From NCBI RefSeq assembly GCF_009914755.1, contig NC_060941.1: a stretch of 64,000 nt of DNA, one strand, 5' to 3'. The DNA comes from the human T2T-CHM13v2.0 reference genome, Homo sapiens. The notes beneath the pieces were generated by a model. It ran no database searches and was not told the origin of the DNA. It saw only the letters and a list, made by a program, of their open reading frames with translations. Position numbers and translations under genes: made by a program. Within the stretch, counting starts at the first letter, position 1; each line of letters opens with the position of its first letter. Positions 13,951 to 31,518 of the stretch are shown one piece after another.

Positions 13951-15609
13951 AAAATTGGCTATTGGGTATCGAGTCCAATCGTGCTCACCTTCATTCATAT
14001 CTGGTTGCTCTATGTTTCAATAAGAAAACAAATAATCTTGGGGCCATGATCACCTTTGAGAAACCTAGGACACCCTAAACACTTTAAGACAGATGATTTA
14101 ACACATTTTCAATGCACAATAAGAAGGAGGGTCAACATATTGTAGCACTAAGATGTCAGGTTTCATTAGAGTTAGTTGTTTCAGGAAAGCAAAGGGAAAT
14201 AAAACACAGAGAAACACTAACAAAGACTCATATTACCAGCCTCTTAAATACACTGACCGTATATTGGTATTTTATATTGAAAAAAAAGGAAATGTGCATT
14301 TTGTGTATTTCAGTGTATCAATACTCTCATCCACTAAGGCCTCTCATCAACCATTTAGTGGTCAGACAATCCCACAAATGAGAAGTCCAACCAAGCTCAC
14401 TTCTGGAGTTCTTATGAATTTCAGGTGCTGTGTGCTGGCCTTTCATAGTGAACACGTCACAGGGTACTAGGCAAACACAGCACCAGTCTACTGCTAAATT
14501 GTCTGAATCTCACATTTTCAACTGGAGAAAATCATGCTTAATTCAAGTGTCAACAGAGGTCTTGTTTAACCAAGAAAAGGAAGACAGTGCAATCTGTGCT
14601 CCAGTGTTGCCTGTGAAGAACCCAGTGTACGTTTTCTGCTGCCCTTCCTGAAGTGGAAGATCTTTAGAAGTAAACCCTGGCAATTGTGAATGGGAAGTAG
14701 GATAAAGCTCATCTACTTGCATGTTCAATTCGAGCGCAGGCAACACTATGAACTTTGAACATATATGGCCATTGTTCTGGTAAATGGTAAATGTTTGATG
14801 AGCCAGAACCCAAATCTAAGTCAACATGCCCCCAAAGAGAACAAAGGTCATCAGGCCTTGCTGCTGATTAACTCATGCTAATCACTGATCTGATAAGAGG
14901 TCTTGATAATTAATCTCAATGTCAGTTTTCATTTCACTTGGAAATTGCCACTTTCTCTTTATTCTATTTGGGGAAAAAGGGATAGCTCATCTCAGAAGTA
15001 GTCTTCTGTCATTCTCATAGTATGTGCTCCTCAACAAAGCATGTTCCTTTTCACACTTTTCTTCCCCACACTAACAAATTTATTCCTCACCACTGGCCTT
15101 TCCGTTGACTATTCTCACTTGATCTGAGCATCAGTGGAAAAGGAAGCAAGAGAAGACTATGACCCTGTTCACTGCCCCAGAGCCTTCTTCCCTATCCTAC
15201 TGCTGCAGTGACACAAATCACATGAGACATGATCAACTTTAATAAATGGTTGCAATAAATAGAAATCACAACTTAGTGACAATTTTCCCCTGCTATTTTA
15301 TAAATATATTATAAGGAAAATGTAACCAAGAAGTCACACATTTTGTAGAGTTCTTCATCTACATCCCTGCTTTTGAACTTCTCATACCTATTCATAGGGT
15401 CTGAGCATTCTTGTGAAAAATCTTTTTTCTAAACTCTGCTGTGTGTCTTTATGACCACCATTCAAAAGTTTTACCTATGCACTTGAGTTGGTTTTCTCCC
15501 AGGGTTCATTCCCACCACTTCACCCAAATTATTTTTACCCAAGACTGAGCTATTTTAACTGGAACAAAAATCAAAAATAACACTCTTGTTTTATAATTGG
15601 GGTCAGGAA

Positions 15610-15905
15610 GGTGAAAGTGGTGGCTCATGCTTGTAATCCCAGCACTTTGGGAGGCTGAGGCAGGTGGATCACATGAGGCCAGGAGTTCGAGACCAGCCTG
15701 GCCAACATGGTGAAACCCTGTCTCTACTAAAAATGCAAAAATTAACCAGGCATGGTGACTGCACGCCTGTAATTCCAGCTCTTCAGGAGGCTGAGGCACA
15801 AGAATCACTTGATCCCAGGAGACGGGAGGTTGCAGTGAGCCAAGATCATGCCACTGCACTCCAGCCGGGGTGACAGAGCAAGACTCTGTCTCAAAAAGAA
15901 AAGAA
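15610..15905 (+). mobile_element. AluS (Sx-like)
   Basis: Alu dimer; perfect 17-bp TSD ataattggggtcaggaa at 15593-15609 and 15906-15922. Confidence 0.95.
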
Positions 15906-16329
15906 ATAATTGGGGTCAGGAAAGAAGTCAAAATATACAAAGGAACAGCTATGTTCACCATTGGTTTTCTAAGTCCCAGAAAACAGATGGGGCATGTAGA
16001 CGGGCTAGACATCCCAAACCTAGAGCAGCAGTCTCAAAGGGCATAGGAACTTCAGGCCACATCCCCTCAAAGTCATCCCATCAGAGTGAATTTCAAAGGC
16101 ACTTTCTTATTCTTCCTAGGATATATGAACTGAAGTATCCGTATTCATGAATGAACACACACCTACACAGACATCCTATAAGAAGTCATATTAAAAATAT
16201 ATAATTTTCTAATTATTCTATAACTTGCAAGACATTTTCACAGTGGACTTAGGATGTCATAATATTAGGTGTCTTTTCTCAAGCCTCTGCCCTATTTCTC
16301 TGCTCCCTTTCAGACGTAAACTCATTAAC

Positions 16330-17337
16330 TTGTTGTATATTTGTGTTGTCTCTTCCCCATCACCTTTTTCACTTTCCTCAATCAACTGCGATTAACTATT
16401 ATCAATATCACTCTACTAAAATAGCTCTTACTGGGGTCAAGAATAAGACTCGTGTTGCCAAATCTAGTGGCCAACTTTCTGTCCCATTTTACTCAACTTC
16501 TGACAGGTTTGGTACCGTTGAGTGGTCTTTCCTTTGACTTCTATGACACCTGATTTTCTATTTCATCAATGTTCTTCTTTACCTCCCTCCTCTTTCTCAA
16601 CATAAATTTTGTCCACTGTTATTTTCTCTATGTATTTCCTCACTAGGTGATTTTATACAATCCTGTGGCTTAAATTCCCTATGTATGCTTATGACTTCTG
16701 TATTAGCATTCCCAGGTCTGAGTTGTCTGCCCTCTGTACAATTAACACCAATACGTGAATGTGTGAGAGGCATCCAGGAAGCTTCCTACTTTAACCTGAC
16801 CAAAACTTATGCTTTTTTCCCCTCTGCATCTGCCCTTTTCCCAGTCATTCCTATTAGTAGTGCAGATCACAGTCCACTCAATTTAATCAAGTAACAAGTC
16901 TGCATATTACCCTTGATTCCTCTCTTATTTCTTATCTCATATCAAGTCCATTAATGAAACATATTTTCCAAACTTCAAAATACAGCCCAACTCAGCTAAT
17001 CACATCCAGCACTAGAATTCTCAAGATTTTCTTACTTGTGTTACCACAAGACTCCAACTTATATTTTGCCTTCACTCTTACCTACAATTCTTTTCCTACA
17101 AAGAGCCAAAATTACATTTTAAGAACAAGAACCAGATCAAGTCACTCCCTTGTTCAAGACCCTTCAAAAGCTTCCATACTATTTAAAACAAAATCCAAAT
17201 TCCCTCCCCTGACCTCAAAGGCCATATATGATCAACCTCATTTCTCTTCAATTCTATCCTGCCTGACTCTGAAGCAGGCATGGCTGTCTTCCTGTTCCTC
17301 GAACTTACCAGTGGTTTATTCTTGCATCAGATCTTTT
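16330..17337 (+). mobile_element. L2 LINE, 5' part (RT region toward 3' end), split by the L1PB insertion
   Basis: cactctactaaaatagctcttactggggtca...gttgccaaatctagtggccaactttctgtc, a decayed L2 RT motif of the HSTETAL...AKSNGQFS type. Confidence 0.8.
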
Positions 17338-17697
17338 CTTTTTTTTTAATTTCCATAGGTTTTTGAGGAACAGGTGGTGTTTGGTCACACGAGCACATTC
17401 TTTCGTGGTGATTTGTGAGATTTTGGTGAACCCATCACCCGAACAGTACACATTGTACCCAATTTGTAGTCTTTTATCCCTCACTTTCTTCCCACCCTTT
17501 CCCCGGTGTCCCCAAAGTCCATTGTATTATTTTTATGCCTTTGAATCCTCATAGCTTAGCTCCCACTTATGAGTGAGAACATACGATGTTTGGTTTTTCA
17601 TTCCTGAGTTACTTCACTCAGAATACTGGTCTCCAATTCCACCCAGGTTGCTATGAATATCATTTCATGCCTTTTTATGGCTGAATAGTATTCCATG

Positions 17698-17736
<39 letters not shown>

Positions 17737-18036
17737 CTATAGAATATATAACTTATTCTATATAAAATATATTTAATATATTTATATATTATATTATATA
17801 ATATATATTTATATATATTATACATATAATTTTAAATATATTTTATATATAATTTTAAATATATTTTACATACATATTAAAATATGTTTTTAATATATAC
17901 ATAAATTATATATTAAACTATATAATACATATTTAATATATTTATATAATAGATATATGATATATGATATATAATATATATTATATACTGCAATTGTATA
18001 ATATATAATATTATATAAAATATAATATGATATATG

Positions 18037-18086
<50 letters not shown>

Positions 18087-18587
18087 CATGGAATACTGTT
18101 CAGCCATAAAAAGGCATGAAATGACATTCGTAGCAACCTGGATGGAATTGGAGACCTACGGGGGAAAAAAAAAGATCTGATGCCAGAATAAACACACTAG
18201 TAAGTTCGAGGAACCAGAAGACAGTCATGCCTGCTTCAGAGTAAGGCAGGATAGAATTGAAGAGAACACAATTTCTGTATCTGCTTATTGATTGATGGGC
18301 ATTTGGGCTGGTTCTATACTTTTGCAATTGTGAATTATGCTGCTATAAACATGCGTGTGCAAGTATCTTTTTCCTATAATTACTTCTTTTCCTCTGGGTA
18401 GATACCTAGTAGTGGGATTACTGGATCAAATGGTAGTTCTACTTCTGGTTCTTTAAGGAATCTCCACACTGTTTTCCATACTGGCTGTACTAGTTTACAT
18501 TCTCACCAGCAGTGTAGAAGTGTTCCCTGTTTACCACATCCTCACCAACATCTATTATTTTTTTGATTTTTTGATTATGGCCATTCT
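17338..18587 (-). mobile_element. 5'-truncated L1PB (L1PB1-like) 3' end carrying an expanded AT core and inverted templated inserts
   Basis: ttccataggtttttgaggaacaggtggtgtttgg...gatttgtgagattttggtg is the L1PB 3'UTR; TSD ttgc(a/g)tcagatctttt at 17322-17337 and 18588-18603. Confidence 0.88.
17701..18083. repeat. AT-rich low-complexity (TA)n expansion, with perfect runs at 17706-17731 and 18038-18083
   Basis: About 380 bp that is nearly all A/T. Confidence 0.97.
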
Positions 18588-18917
18588 TTGCGTCAGATCT
18601 TTTGAACTTACTGTGCATTCTGCCTGGAACATTCTTCCTAGATCTTCACATAACTGGTTCTCTCAATACATCAAGCCTGGGCTCTTCTCAGAGAGCCTTT
18701 AATCATCCTGTGGAGGTAGCCACCATTCCCACCATCATTCCCAATTACCTTGCTGCACTGTTTTACTACAGCACTTAGAGTACCTGAAATTACCTTCTGT
18801 ATTCGTTATTTTTGTAAGCTTTATGAAGGCAAGGTCTCTGTGTGTTTTTAATCCTGGAACACAGATCAGTGGCTGGAAAGAATAAACACTCAATATATAT
18901 TTGTGAAATGAAAGAAT
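18588..18917 (+). mobile_element. L2 LINE 3' end, continuation of 16330-17337
   Basis: ttctgcctggaacattcttcc...aagctttatgaaggcaagg...cactcaatatatatttgtgaaatgaaagaa. Confidence 0.82.
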
Positions 18918-19699
18918 TGGTTCCTTTCTCTCATTTCTTCCTCTTCAATTGTGTTCTTTCACTGGTTCCAAGAATCAGGCCTTGATAAACCGTATGACTT
19001 TGAAAAAAATCTCTATTCAGAGTAATAAAAAATAAATCTAATTAAACTTTTGAAATTATCCCTTGGTTGGGTTTATTATTGGATAAGCCACCTTTTCTAA
19101 CAAGCCACTGGGACAATCTTTTTGCTTTCATATTGCTTTTTTTCATCACCAAGCCATGTTATCATTCATTTTAGTGGACAACATGTAGCTACTGTAATAA
19201 GCAGCATGTTATTTAGAGTCAAAATGGCCTCAATCATCACTTTCTCTGGAATTCATCCTTGACTTATTCAACCATATTCTGACTACTGAATATGGTTAAT
19301 ATTTTGCTATTCAATTAAAACCAAATTATTACAGCTTTCTAGTTCACTCTAGATTCTCTTATATATTCTAAAAATCCAATTTCATTCCAAAATCAAATTT
19401 TATTCCTGAAATAATAGGATATGTTGTAACTTTTCGACAAACTTTGTTGGTAAAATCTGACCTAAATGGATAGAAAGTTATTGATGGTCTAGTCTATTTC
19501 ACTTAAGGTGCATATTCATATGTATAGTTGCAACATTGCTAAGGTGTTTGATTATGGGTGGTCTCACCCAATTCTCTTCTTCCTGAAAAGTCCCTGTGGC
19601 AACAGTTTCTTTGCCCAATAGCAACAGTCGTTACCATTTTACTCTGTGCTTTTTCAGAGATAAGCATTTGGATGCAAATGTGACTAGATATTTTTCTAC

Positions 19700-20450
19700 A
19701 CAAATGTAGCACATACTATAAACACACACACACAAACATACACACATTTCTGCAACTTTTTTTCACTTAACAATATATCATGGACATCAATAAAAATTAG
19801 TTTGCCCAATTATTTTCTTACAGTCTTATTTTACTTATTTTACTATATGAATGTGTCATAATTTATTTAGCCAGTCCCATTTATAGATATTTTAATTATT
19901 TTCAATACTTTGCTATTGTAAGTGATGTACCAAACCTCATATCAGACATAGCTGTACAATAATAATTAGAAAAATAGCCCAGGAAAATGGGCAAAGGATA
20001 TTAAAAGATAATGCACATAAAAGAAAATGCAAATATATTTTCTTACTGATTTCACATTTCTTATAGATTTTATATATTCACAGGAAGTATGAATGTATTA
20101 CAGAAATTAAGCCTTTATCTCTGACATGCTTTACAAACATATTTTCCCAATTTTCGACTTGACATTGGACTTTATTTATGGTATTTTTATAAGAAGTTTT
20201 TATAATTTTTATGTAATCAAATTGTTGACCTTTTTATATTTTAAATTTTATGAAATTTATATATTAGGAAAGACTTCCCACTCAAAAATAATTGATATAA
20301 AATGATTCCATGTTTTATTTTCTATGCTGATACATATCTATTTACATTCAAATTTTGATTTTTGGGTGTCTTTTTGGCTAAGAGGCCTGGTGTGATCCAA
20401 TTTTCACCCTGGAAGCTACCCAGTATTTATTCCCAATACCATTTATTAAG
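19700..20450 (-). mobile_element. Old L1M (L1ME-like) fragments
   Basis: ctgcaacttttttttcacttaacaatatatc..., aacatattttccca..., atttattcccaataccatttatt. Confidence 0.65.
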
Positions 20451-21274
20451 TAATCTTTTGCTATCGTTTTTTCAGTTTTCTGGGGTTTTTTGCTTGTTTT
20501 TCAGTTTTCTTTTCATTATACAAAGTGCTTCAGGGTCCAGAGTGCAACCCGTAAAGAAAATTCTATTTTCTTTTTCATACTGACTGACTCACAGTACAAT
20601 TTCTATTAAGGCTGGCACCATTTCTGTTATGCTTTGGGTCTGGGGGTACATACTGGGTTGCGTGATGGTGTAGGAGGTGCAAAGGCTGCCACCCCCTTCC
20701 CATGGGGCCAGGAGGGGCTCTGTTCATGCTCATTTGCATTTGAGACAACTTGACATTTGAGCATAGGCCAAGTAGCTTCTCTTTCCTCTGCTTCCTTGTA
20801 CTTATTTTGGGATCTCAAATGTTAGAAAACAGGTAAAATAGTAAAATAAATAAAAATAAATTTTTTGAGGAAGTTATTCTTTCTTTTCATTATAGTTATT
20901 TTTAATGTGACTATTGAAGTCTCTGTAATTAAAGCTAATAAACAGTTGTAGTATGTGCATCTTACTTTATATAGCAAGTTATGTTTCTATCTTTAACCAG
21001 ACATTTTATATTGTTTGATTAAAACTTTCTAGTTGGTAAATTCTATCATGAGGGCATTCATTCAATTAATAAAATCCCTGAGTATTTTCTGTGACAATTT
21101 ATTCTACTCAAGGATGTGAAAGACTCAAATAAAGGTAAGGTCTCATTTCATCCTAGCTTTCTGGCATAGTTTAGCCAGAATAGACAGTAGCAGAACATAT
21201 TCTTTGCAGGGGCGGGAAACACCTGTAAAACAAAATAGAATGTGATAAACGTTACCATAAAGATACAAGGAATA

Positions 21275-21647
<373 letters not shown>

Positions 21648-22161
21648 TCACTGGACAAGCCTTTGAAATCCATTTGGCATTTTAACATGTCAAGATAATA
21701 ACATAAGGACATTCCAAAAAGTGTGAGCTTCATCCAAAAAAGGGTGTGGAAACAAGATGATTGTTCTGACAACAAACTATCAGAAGGTTGTAGGAATGGA
21801 AACCAGAAAAGAGAATTAATCCCTCCAAATCTCATACTCCATCTGCCTCAAAACTCTTGATTTTAACTTCCATTTTTATCTTATGCCACTTTGTTCTTCC
21901 CCATTGCCAGGTTACTTCCCTAACCCAGAGACTAATCATCTCATTCTTAGATGATTGAAATATGTGGAGCTTGTGGTTCTATGCCTTGGTCTTCACACTG
22001 TTCTTATTTCACCAGAATATTATTATATTAAGGCTCTAGAGAAAACCCTTTGGTGGCTCCTTTAATATCTACAGGATATTGTCAAACTGCATTGATATGA
22101 TGACTAATGTTCTTCATGGTCTCTCTTTATTCTATTATAATTCCACATACACATGTTCATA

Positions 22162-22525
22162 TGTATTAGTCCATTTTCATACTGCTATGAAGAAATACGG
22201 GAGACTGGGTAATTTATAAAGAAAAAGAGGTTTAATGGACTCACAGTTGCACATGGCTAGGGAGGCCTCACAATCATGGAAGAACGCAAAGGAGGAGCAA
22301 AGGCACATCTTACATGGGGGCAGGCAAGAGAGTGTGTGCAGGGGAACTGTCCTTTATAAAACCATCAGATCTCACGAGACTTATTCACTAACAAGAGAAT
22401 AGCATGGGAAAAACCCACCCCCATGATTCAATTGCCTCCCACTAGGTCCCTCCCATGACACGTGGGAATTATGAGAGCTACAATTCAAGATGAGATTTGG
22501 ATGGGGAAACAGCCAAATCATATAA
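22162..22525 (-). mobile_element. THE1 (THE1C/D-like) MaLR solo LTR, within a decayed L2
   Basis: tgtattagtccattttcatactgctatgaagaaatac...ctacaattcaagatgagatttggatggggaaacagccaaatcata. Confidence 0.92.
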
Positions 22526-23589
22526 TAATCTAACTTAAATAACTCTTTACCATGTGCCCTGAGTTTCGGCTATTGCAGAATACTTTCAATTCCCAACTTT
22601 TACCATGGAATGTCACATCCTTATAGTCTCACTTCTTTACACCTGCAAATTTCCTCCTTAACTTTTTCATTCACCTAACACATTTAATAATCTTTCAAAA
22701 GCAGTTCAGGTTTGTCATCCTCTGTAAAAACTTTTGTTGACCAAACTAACCCAAAAGAATGACTTTCTCTACAATGCAATCATCTTACCTTATACTTGAA
22801 TCTATCCATGCACTTTTTCCATGATGTTGCAATATTTATCTTTATGTCACATGGTCTAGTGTAGACTTGGAAAAGTATATAGTAGGTTACGGCCATATTT
22901 TTCTAATGTTCTCTGGCTTATCTGTCCACTACGGCCTGCTAACCAGAAAGAATGATACTGAGCTTTCTGGTGGGATGTGATAGAACACATTTTTTTAGTT
23001 AGTTACAAATCTGTTATTTCATCGCTTGAGAACTTAGAGACTTATGAGTAAATGTGCAATAAAAAATAGAACAAAGAGAAAAACTCTTCATAAAAATGTG
23101 AGAAAAGCACAGTGGTTATAAAAACAGAAGGGTCTTCCACAATTCTGGGATCACTTTTCCTGATAACATTTGTGAAAGGCTAGTTCTATAATACCTTATG
23201 TGCCCAGGCATAGTCCTATTGGGTTTTCAATGATTTAGGGGTGTGGGAAACATTGTTGCTTTCTTGATTACTATTTCTAAGCATGGAAACATCAAGAGGG
23301 TTAGCTTGAAGCAGGCGGGGATTATAAGGGATAGGATTATTTGACAGGTTCTTTCTCAATGTATTTCTCTTTAAGAAGACTTTAGGGAATTATGCAAAAG
23401 GCCATCCTATATATACCCAAATGTCTAAATATTAAAGGGATTCTAGGCAATAGAAGACCTGAGAGTTATAAATCCTACTTTAAAATTTTTTATCAATTTG
23501 AAATCCTTAAGACTTAATCAATACATCATTTTACCATTATGTTTGACAGACAACTTTTACAATATAGTTGGGAGTATCCTCCAAGTGTT

Positions 23590-24325
<736 letters not shown>

Positions 24326-26575
24326 ACAGAACACGCTCAGGGATTAAGAAGAAAGTCTTTCTGAAGAGTTTTCTCTCTGTGCCAATCCTGCAGAACTCTT
24401 ATGGAAGATAATCTAAAAACAAGGACTTAACTGATTTTTAAACAGATAGATTTGAAGAAGGTCCTTTATAGTTATGGCAAGGCATTAGACAGTAAAAAAT
24501 GACAGTAATCATTCATGATATATTCAAAACAACAATGTAACAGTTTCTTCGATTACCTCTGTAAATTCTGAAAAGAGAGGTATTTGGGGAATAAGTTGTA
24601 AAAAGAATGACCCAGAACTTTGAGACTAAGAAGACTAGTCCTAAGATCCTATGTCTTTGCTCAGAAACACCAAATCTATATGTTTAACTTAAAAGTAGCA
24701 AAGCATGGCCATATTTAATCTATATAGCTTATAGAGGTAATCTCAAAAAGAGAGAGTTTTGTTTCTTGTTAGAAAAGTGGAGCTTTTGGCTGGTAAATGT
24801 GGTCAGCCAGCCTTCTAAACCATGAATTGAAAGCAATTAGTTTTCAAGTTACAGACTTTTTCCCCCTGCTCTTGAAGGCTTTGCCTTCAAGTTATTTCAT
24901 CTTAAACAGTTTTAGCGCCCTGAACTGATATTTTGATACCCTGATAATTTGTGGTCTTGCTAAAGACTAACTCTTTGCACAGCCTCCTGGACTTGATTTG
25001 TTATTTCAAACTTCCAATTATTTCACACCTTCCTTTGAGACTTTTTCTAATTGGGTTGTATTTTCCCAATTCAAATCAGAACTCACCCAACCCTTGCCTT
25101 AATCAAAATCTGAGCCTCTTTTTAAAGATTAAAATTGTACAGTGTTGTTAAATAGATACTGTTTTTACAATCTTCGACATTTCACTTTGTGGGACAAACT
25201 AGAATTTTTAAATAGTGGGAAAATATTTTCTTACCCAATCATCAAGCCCCATTTTTGCTTGCATAAAGTCCTCATAAATAGTTTGGGAAATATTTATAGC
25301 TTTTAAATGTTTAGCAGACATTGCGATAATTATCTATGAACCAGCAAATGAATTTTATAATTTGTGACTAAGAGTATTTCCAACTTCATCCTTTCCCCAG
25401 GTAGGAAAAGTCATATTACTGCCACACAGCATATGACCAAGCAGCTATTCAAAACCAAATTAGTCTAAAAACCAGGTACCACTTTCTCATTAGAGAGAAA
25501 ATAAGAAGGAAAAGCTTAGCTGTTCTTACAAGACCAGAGCAGCTAAATGTCATTCCAAGAAAAAAAGGTCTTGTTTTAGTCCCTTGTAGACTGAGAATAA
25601 ACGTTTTGAGTTACTGGAACTTGATGGGTGTGATTTGCCATTATTTTCCATTTCCTGAAAAATCTTAAGAAAAATAAAATCACAGCTCATATGTTCCACT
25701 GCCTTTCCCTAAACTGTTAGGTGTTTAAGTTGCCTTCTAAAAACATACCTTAATTTTCATGTATATATCTGTCAATGCATGTGGATATTTGCAAGTATAA
25801 CTGTTTCTGTAAATGTCTGCACAATGAATCATGTTTCCAGAACAGAAAATTGCTTGGGATAATCAGTAATTCCACATAGTTTATCAAATCCCAATTGAGA
25901 AGTTTTCAACTAAACAAAATTCAAAAACAGGTTCATATCTTGAAGGAAATGGACTCATGAAGAATAAATTAATCATTACATTCCTTCTTACATAAGAGTT
26001 ATACCTCTCCCCTTATTTTGGGGTTCTTAGCCTACTAGTATATTGTCTAGAAAACAAAGGCCAAAGGTTTCAACAAAATAAAGGATGAAACAACCTCTAG
26101 CTAACCAAAATAAATGTCGTGATGCTTCGAATACTTTACTCTTTGTAGAATCCCATGTCTACACAGTACCAAGTTGTTCTTGAGGTGCACATCCAAACAC
26201 CTTTGTTTTAAAGTTACATAACACATGGAAGGTTAGTGGTAATAATTAGGAAAGGGCTAATTTCATAAAAAGCTTGCATTGCAAAAAGCAAGAGTTGATA
26301 GTCAATACCCTCAAACACAAAAAATGCAGAAAAGCTAAACAGTTAAAGAAAAAAAATCAAAACCTCTAACAAAAACATTGAAGTCTAGCACCACTTAAAG
26401 CAGCAAAAACAAACCTATACCCTTAATAGTCATCATTTGTTTTATAAGAGTGCAGAAATTTGGACTAAGAGAAAAATATTATATTTTTTAACAGATTGCA
26501 TTTTTCTTTTCTTAAATAAGAAAATAAGGCTAAATAAAACTGGTGACTTTTCCTTGGCTGGTAATTATCACAGAT

Positions 26576-26883
26576 CAATGTTATCTAACAGAAACAAATG
26601 CAGATCACAAATGTGAGCTACACATGCATTTTTAATTGCATTAGCCTCATTAAAAATGGTTTTAAACAGGTGAAGTTAATTTTAATATATTTTATTCAAA
26701 CAAAAATATTATAATTTCAATACAATATACAAGTTATTAATATGGTAGTTTACATTACTTTTATTCAAATTAAGTTGCCAAAATCGGATGTGTATTTTAC
26801 ACTTACGTGTTAATTTTGACTATTTATGTTTCAAATGCTCAATAGCCAGCTGTGGCTACTAGCAATGGTATTGGACAGGGAAG
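26576..26883. mobile_element. MER33 (hAT-Charlie)
   Basis: aaacaggtgaagttaattttaatatatttt...tttcaaatgctcaatagccagctgtggctactagcaatggtattggacag. Confidence 0.85.
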
Positions 26884-26884
26884 T

Positions 26885-27330
26885 TCTAAATGCAGGGACC
26901 AAAGCGGCAAACAAAACAGACAAGGTCCCAGTTTTCATAGTTTACATTCTACTTCAGGAAACATACAGAAAACTATAAAAATAACAAAGAGAAAGAAAAA
27001 TCATGTGATTTTAAAATTGTATGAAGAAAGTTAGGTTGATGAGATAGATAACACTGAGGGGTAAGGGTGCTCCGCAGATGTGGCATTGGTGAGATCTGAA
27101 CACATGGGGAACAGTCATGCTATGAGGAAGACCATGCTGGATAGAACAGAGAGCTTTTACAATAAACCTAAGATAAAAATAAGCCTGTGTGTCCACGCAA
27201 CAGCAGCAGCAACAAAAGGATAGTGAGATCATAGCAAAAAGAGTAGAGAGGGAGAATGGTAAAGATATGGTCAGGGCACAGGCAGAGGCAGAGGATATAG
27301 GACTTTGGAAATCAGGATAAAGAGCCTCAC
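26885..27330 (-). mobile_element. L2 fragment
   Basis: aacaaaacagacaaggtcccagttttcatagtttacattcta...tgagatctgaa. Confidence 0.7.
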
Positions 27331-27519
27331 AAGTGGCCAGTGGAGGATGGATCCTGGAAATGTCACGTGTTCAGTTGGAAACGTTGTAAGACTATGCCGC
27401 ACAAGTGAGGGCAACAGGGAAAGAGTCTTCATAAAACATGAAACGAAGCCTCAATGCCTAACTGGATCAAGGCTATCTTCCTAGATCTATTTTCTCACAA
27501 CTGGAAAATCACATCCACT

Positions 27520-28380
27520 TTGTTGGAATTAATCTAGAGCCTCTATGCTTTTTAATGTAAAATGTCCAGCATTTAACCCAAAATTATCAGAAATGCCAGG
27601 AAATGTGACCAAATGACCATAAGAAAAAAGAGGAAAAAAAAGACTAAATAAGCATTTTGGTAATCCAGGTTTTTGAATCGTCAGATTCCTGCTCTATAAT
27701 AACTATGATTAGTATGTTCAAGAGAATAGATAGTAAGATGAAGCATCTAACTGGAGAGCTGAAATATAAGAAAAATGAACCAAGCTTTCCTTGAATTGTA
27801 GCAAGAAAAAAGCAATAAAAATATACAATTCAACAGATGGGTTCAAGAGCTGATGCAATACAGCAGAAGTGAAGATTAGTAAAATAAAAAGTAGATCAGC
27901 AAAAATTGCCAGATCAAAGTGCAGAGAGAAAAATAAAATTACAAGAAAAAAGATATTGAGGAGCGTAGAAGACATGTGGGATACAAAGCAAAATGGTCTA
28001 AATGAATGTTACTGGAGTTCCAGAAGGGGAGGAAAAAGAATATGGGGTTTTAATGTGATTTTTATTGTTTCAATGCTTCTTTTCATATTCTCATTTTTAT
28101 TACTTAAGAAATATATAGACCAGTTCCTCATATCAAATATGAAAATAAATTCCAGATAGGTTCATGAGTTTAATGTAGAAAGTACACTCACAAAATAACC
28201 AGAATAAAAGGAGCAAGCAAATATTTTTCTTGCCATTACAATAATAAATGCAAAATCTGAAACCATTAAGTAAAGGTTGCTATATTTATATACATATGAA
28301 TTTTTGCTTATGAAAAACACCATAACTAAAGTTCAGAGGCTAAGACCAAATGAGGAAATAGTTGAACCAGGTGTATGATG
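27520..28380 (+). mobile_element. Old L1M fragments (ORF1-like, then late ORF2-like)
   Basis: aattcaacagatgggttcaagagc...cagcagaagtgaagattagtaaa...ggagttccagaagggagg; aaaataaattccagatagg. Confidence 0.7.
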
Positions 28381-28479
28381 GAAATATATACAGTAATTAA
28401 AATCATATTTCACAAAAATATTTAATAACATGGAAAATGCTCGTAATTTGTATTGACATTTAAAATAGTTTATTAGACT

Positions 28480-29480
<1,001 letters not shown>

Positions 29481-29482
29481 AC

Positions 29483-31500
<2,018 letters not shown>

Positions 31501-31518
31501 TTCCAAGTTTACGGTATG

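Noticed and set aside
15506-16012. 168-aa ORF and similar ORFs at 8258, 21334, 29128, 30593, 36036, 37856, 56832 and 62345
   Set aside because: They are translations of Alu sequence (typical [21 protein letters not shown] and GFHHVGQAG peptides).
17338-18587. Twin-priming 5' inversion as the explanation for the inverted L1 piece
   Set aside because: The inverted sequence duplicates L1 bases already present and includes non-L1 flank, whereas twin priming inverts non-overlapping L1 sequence.
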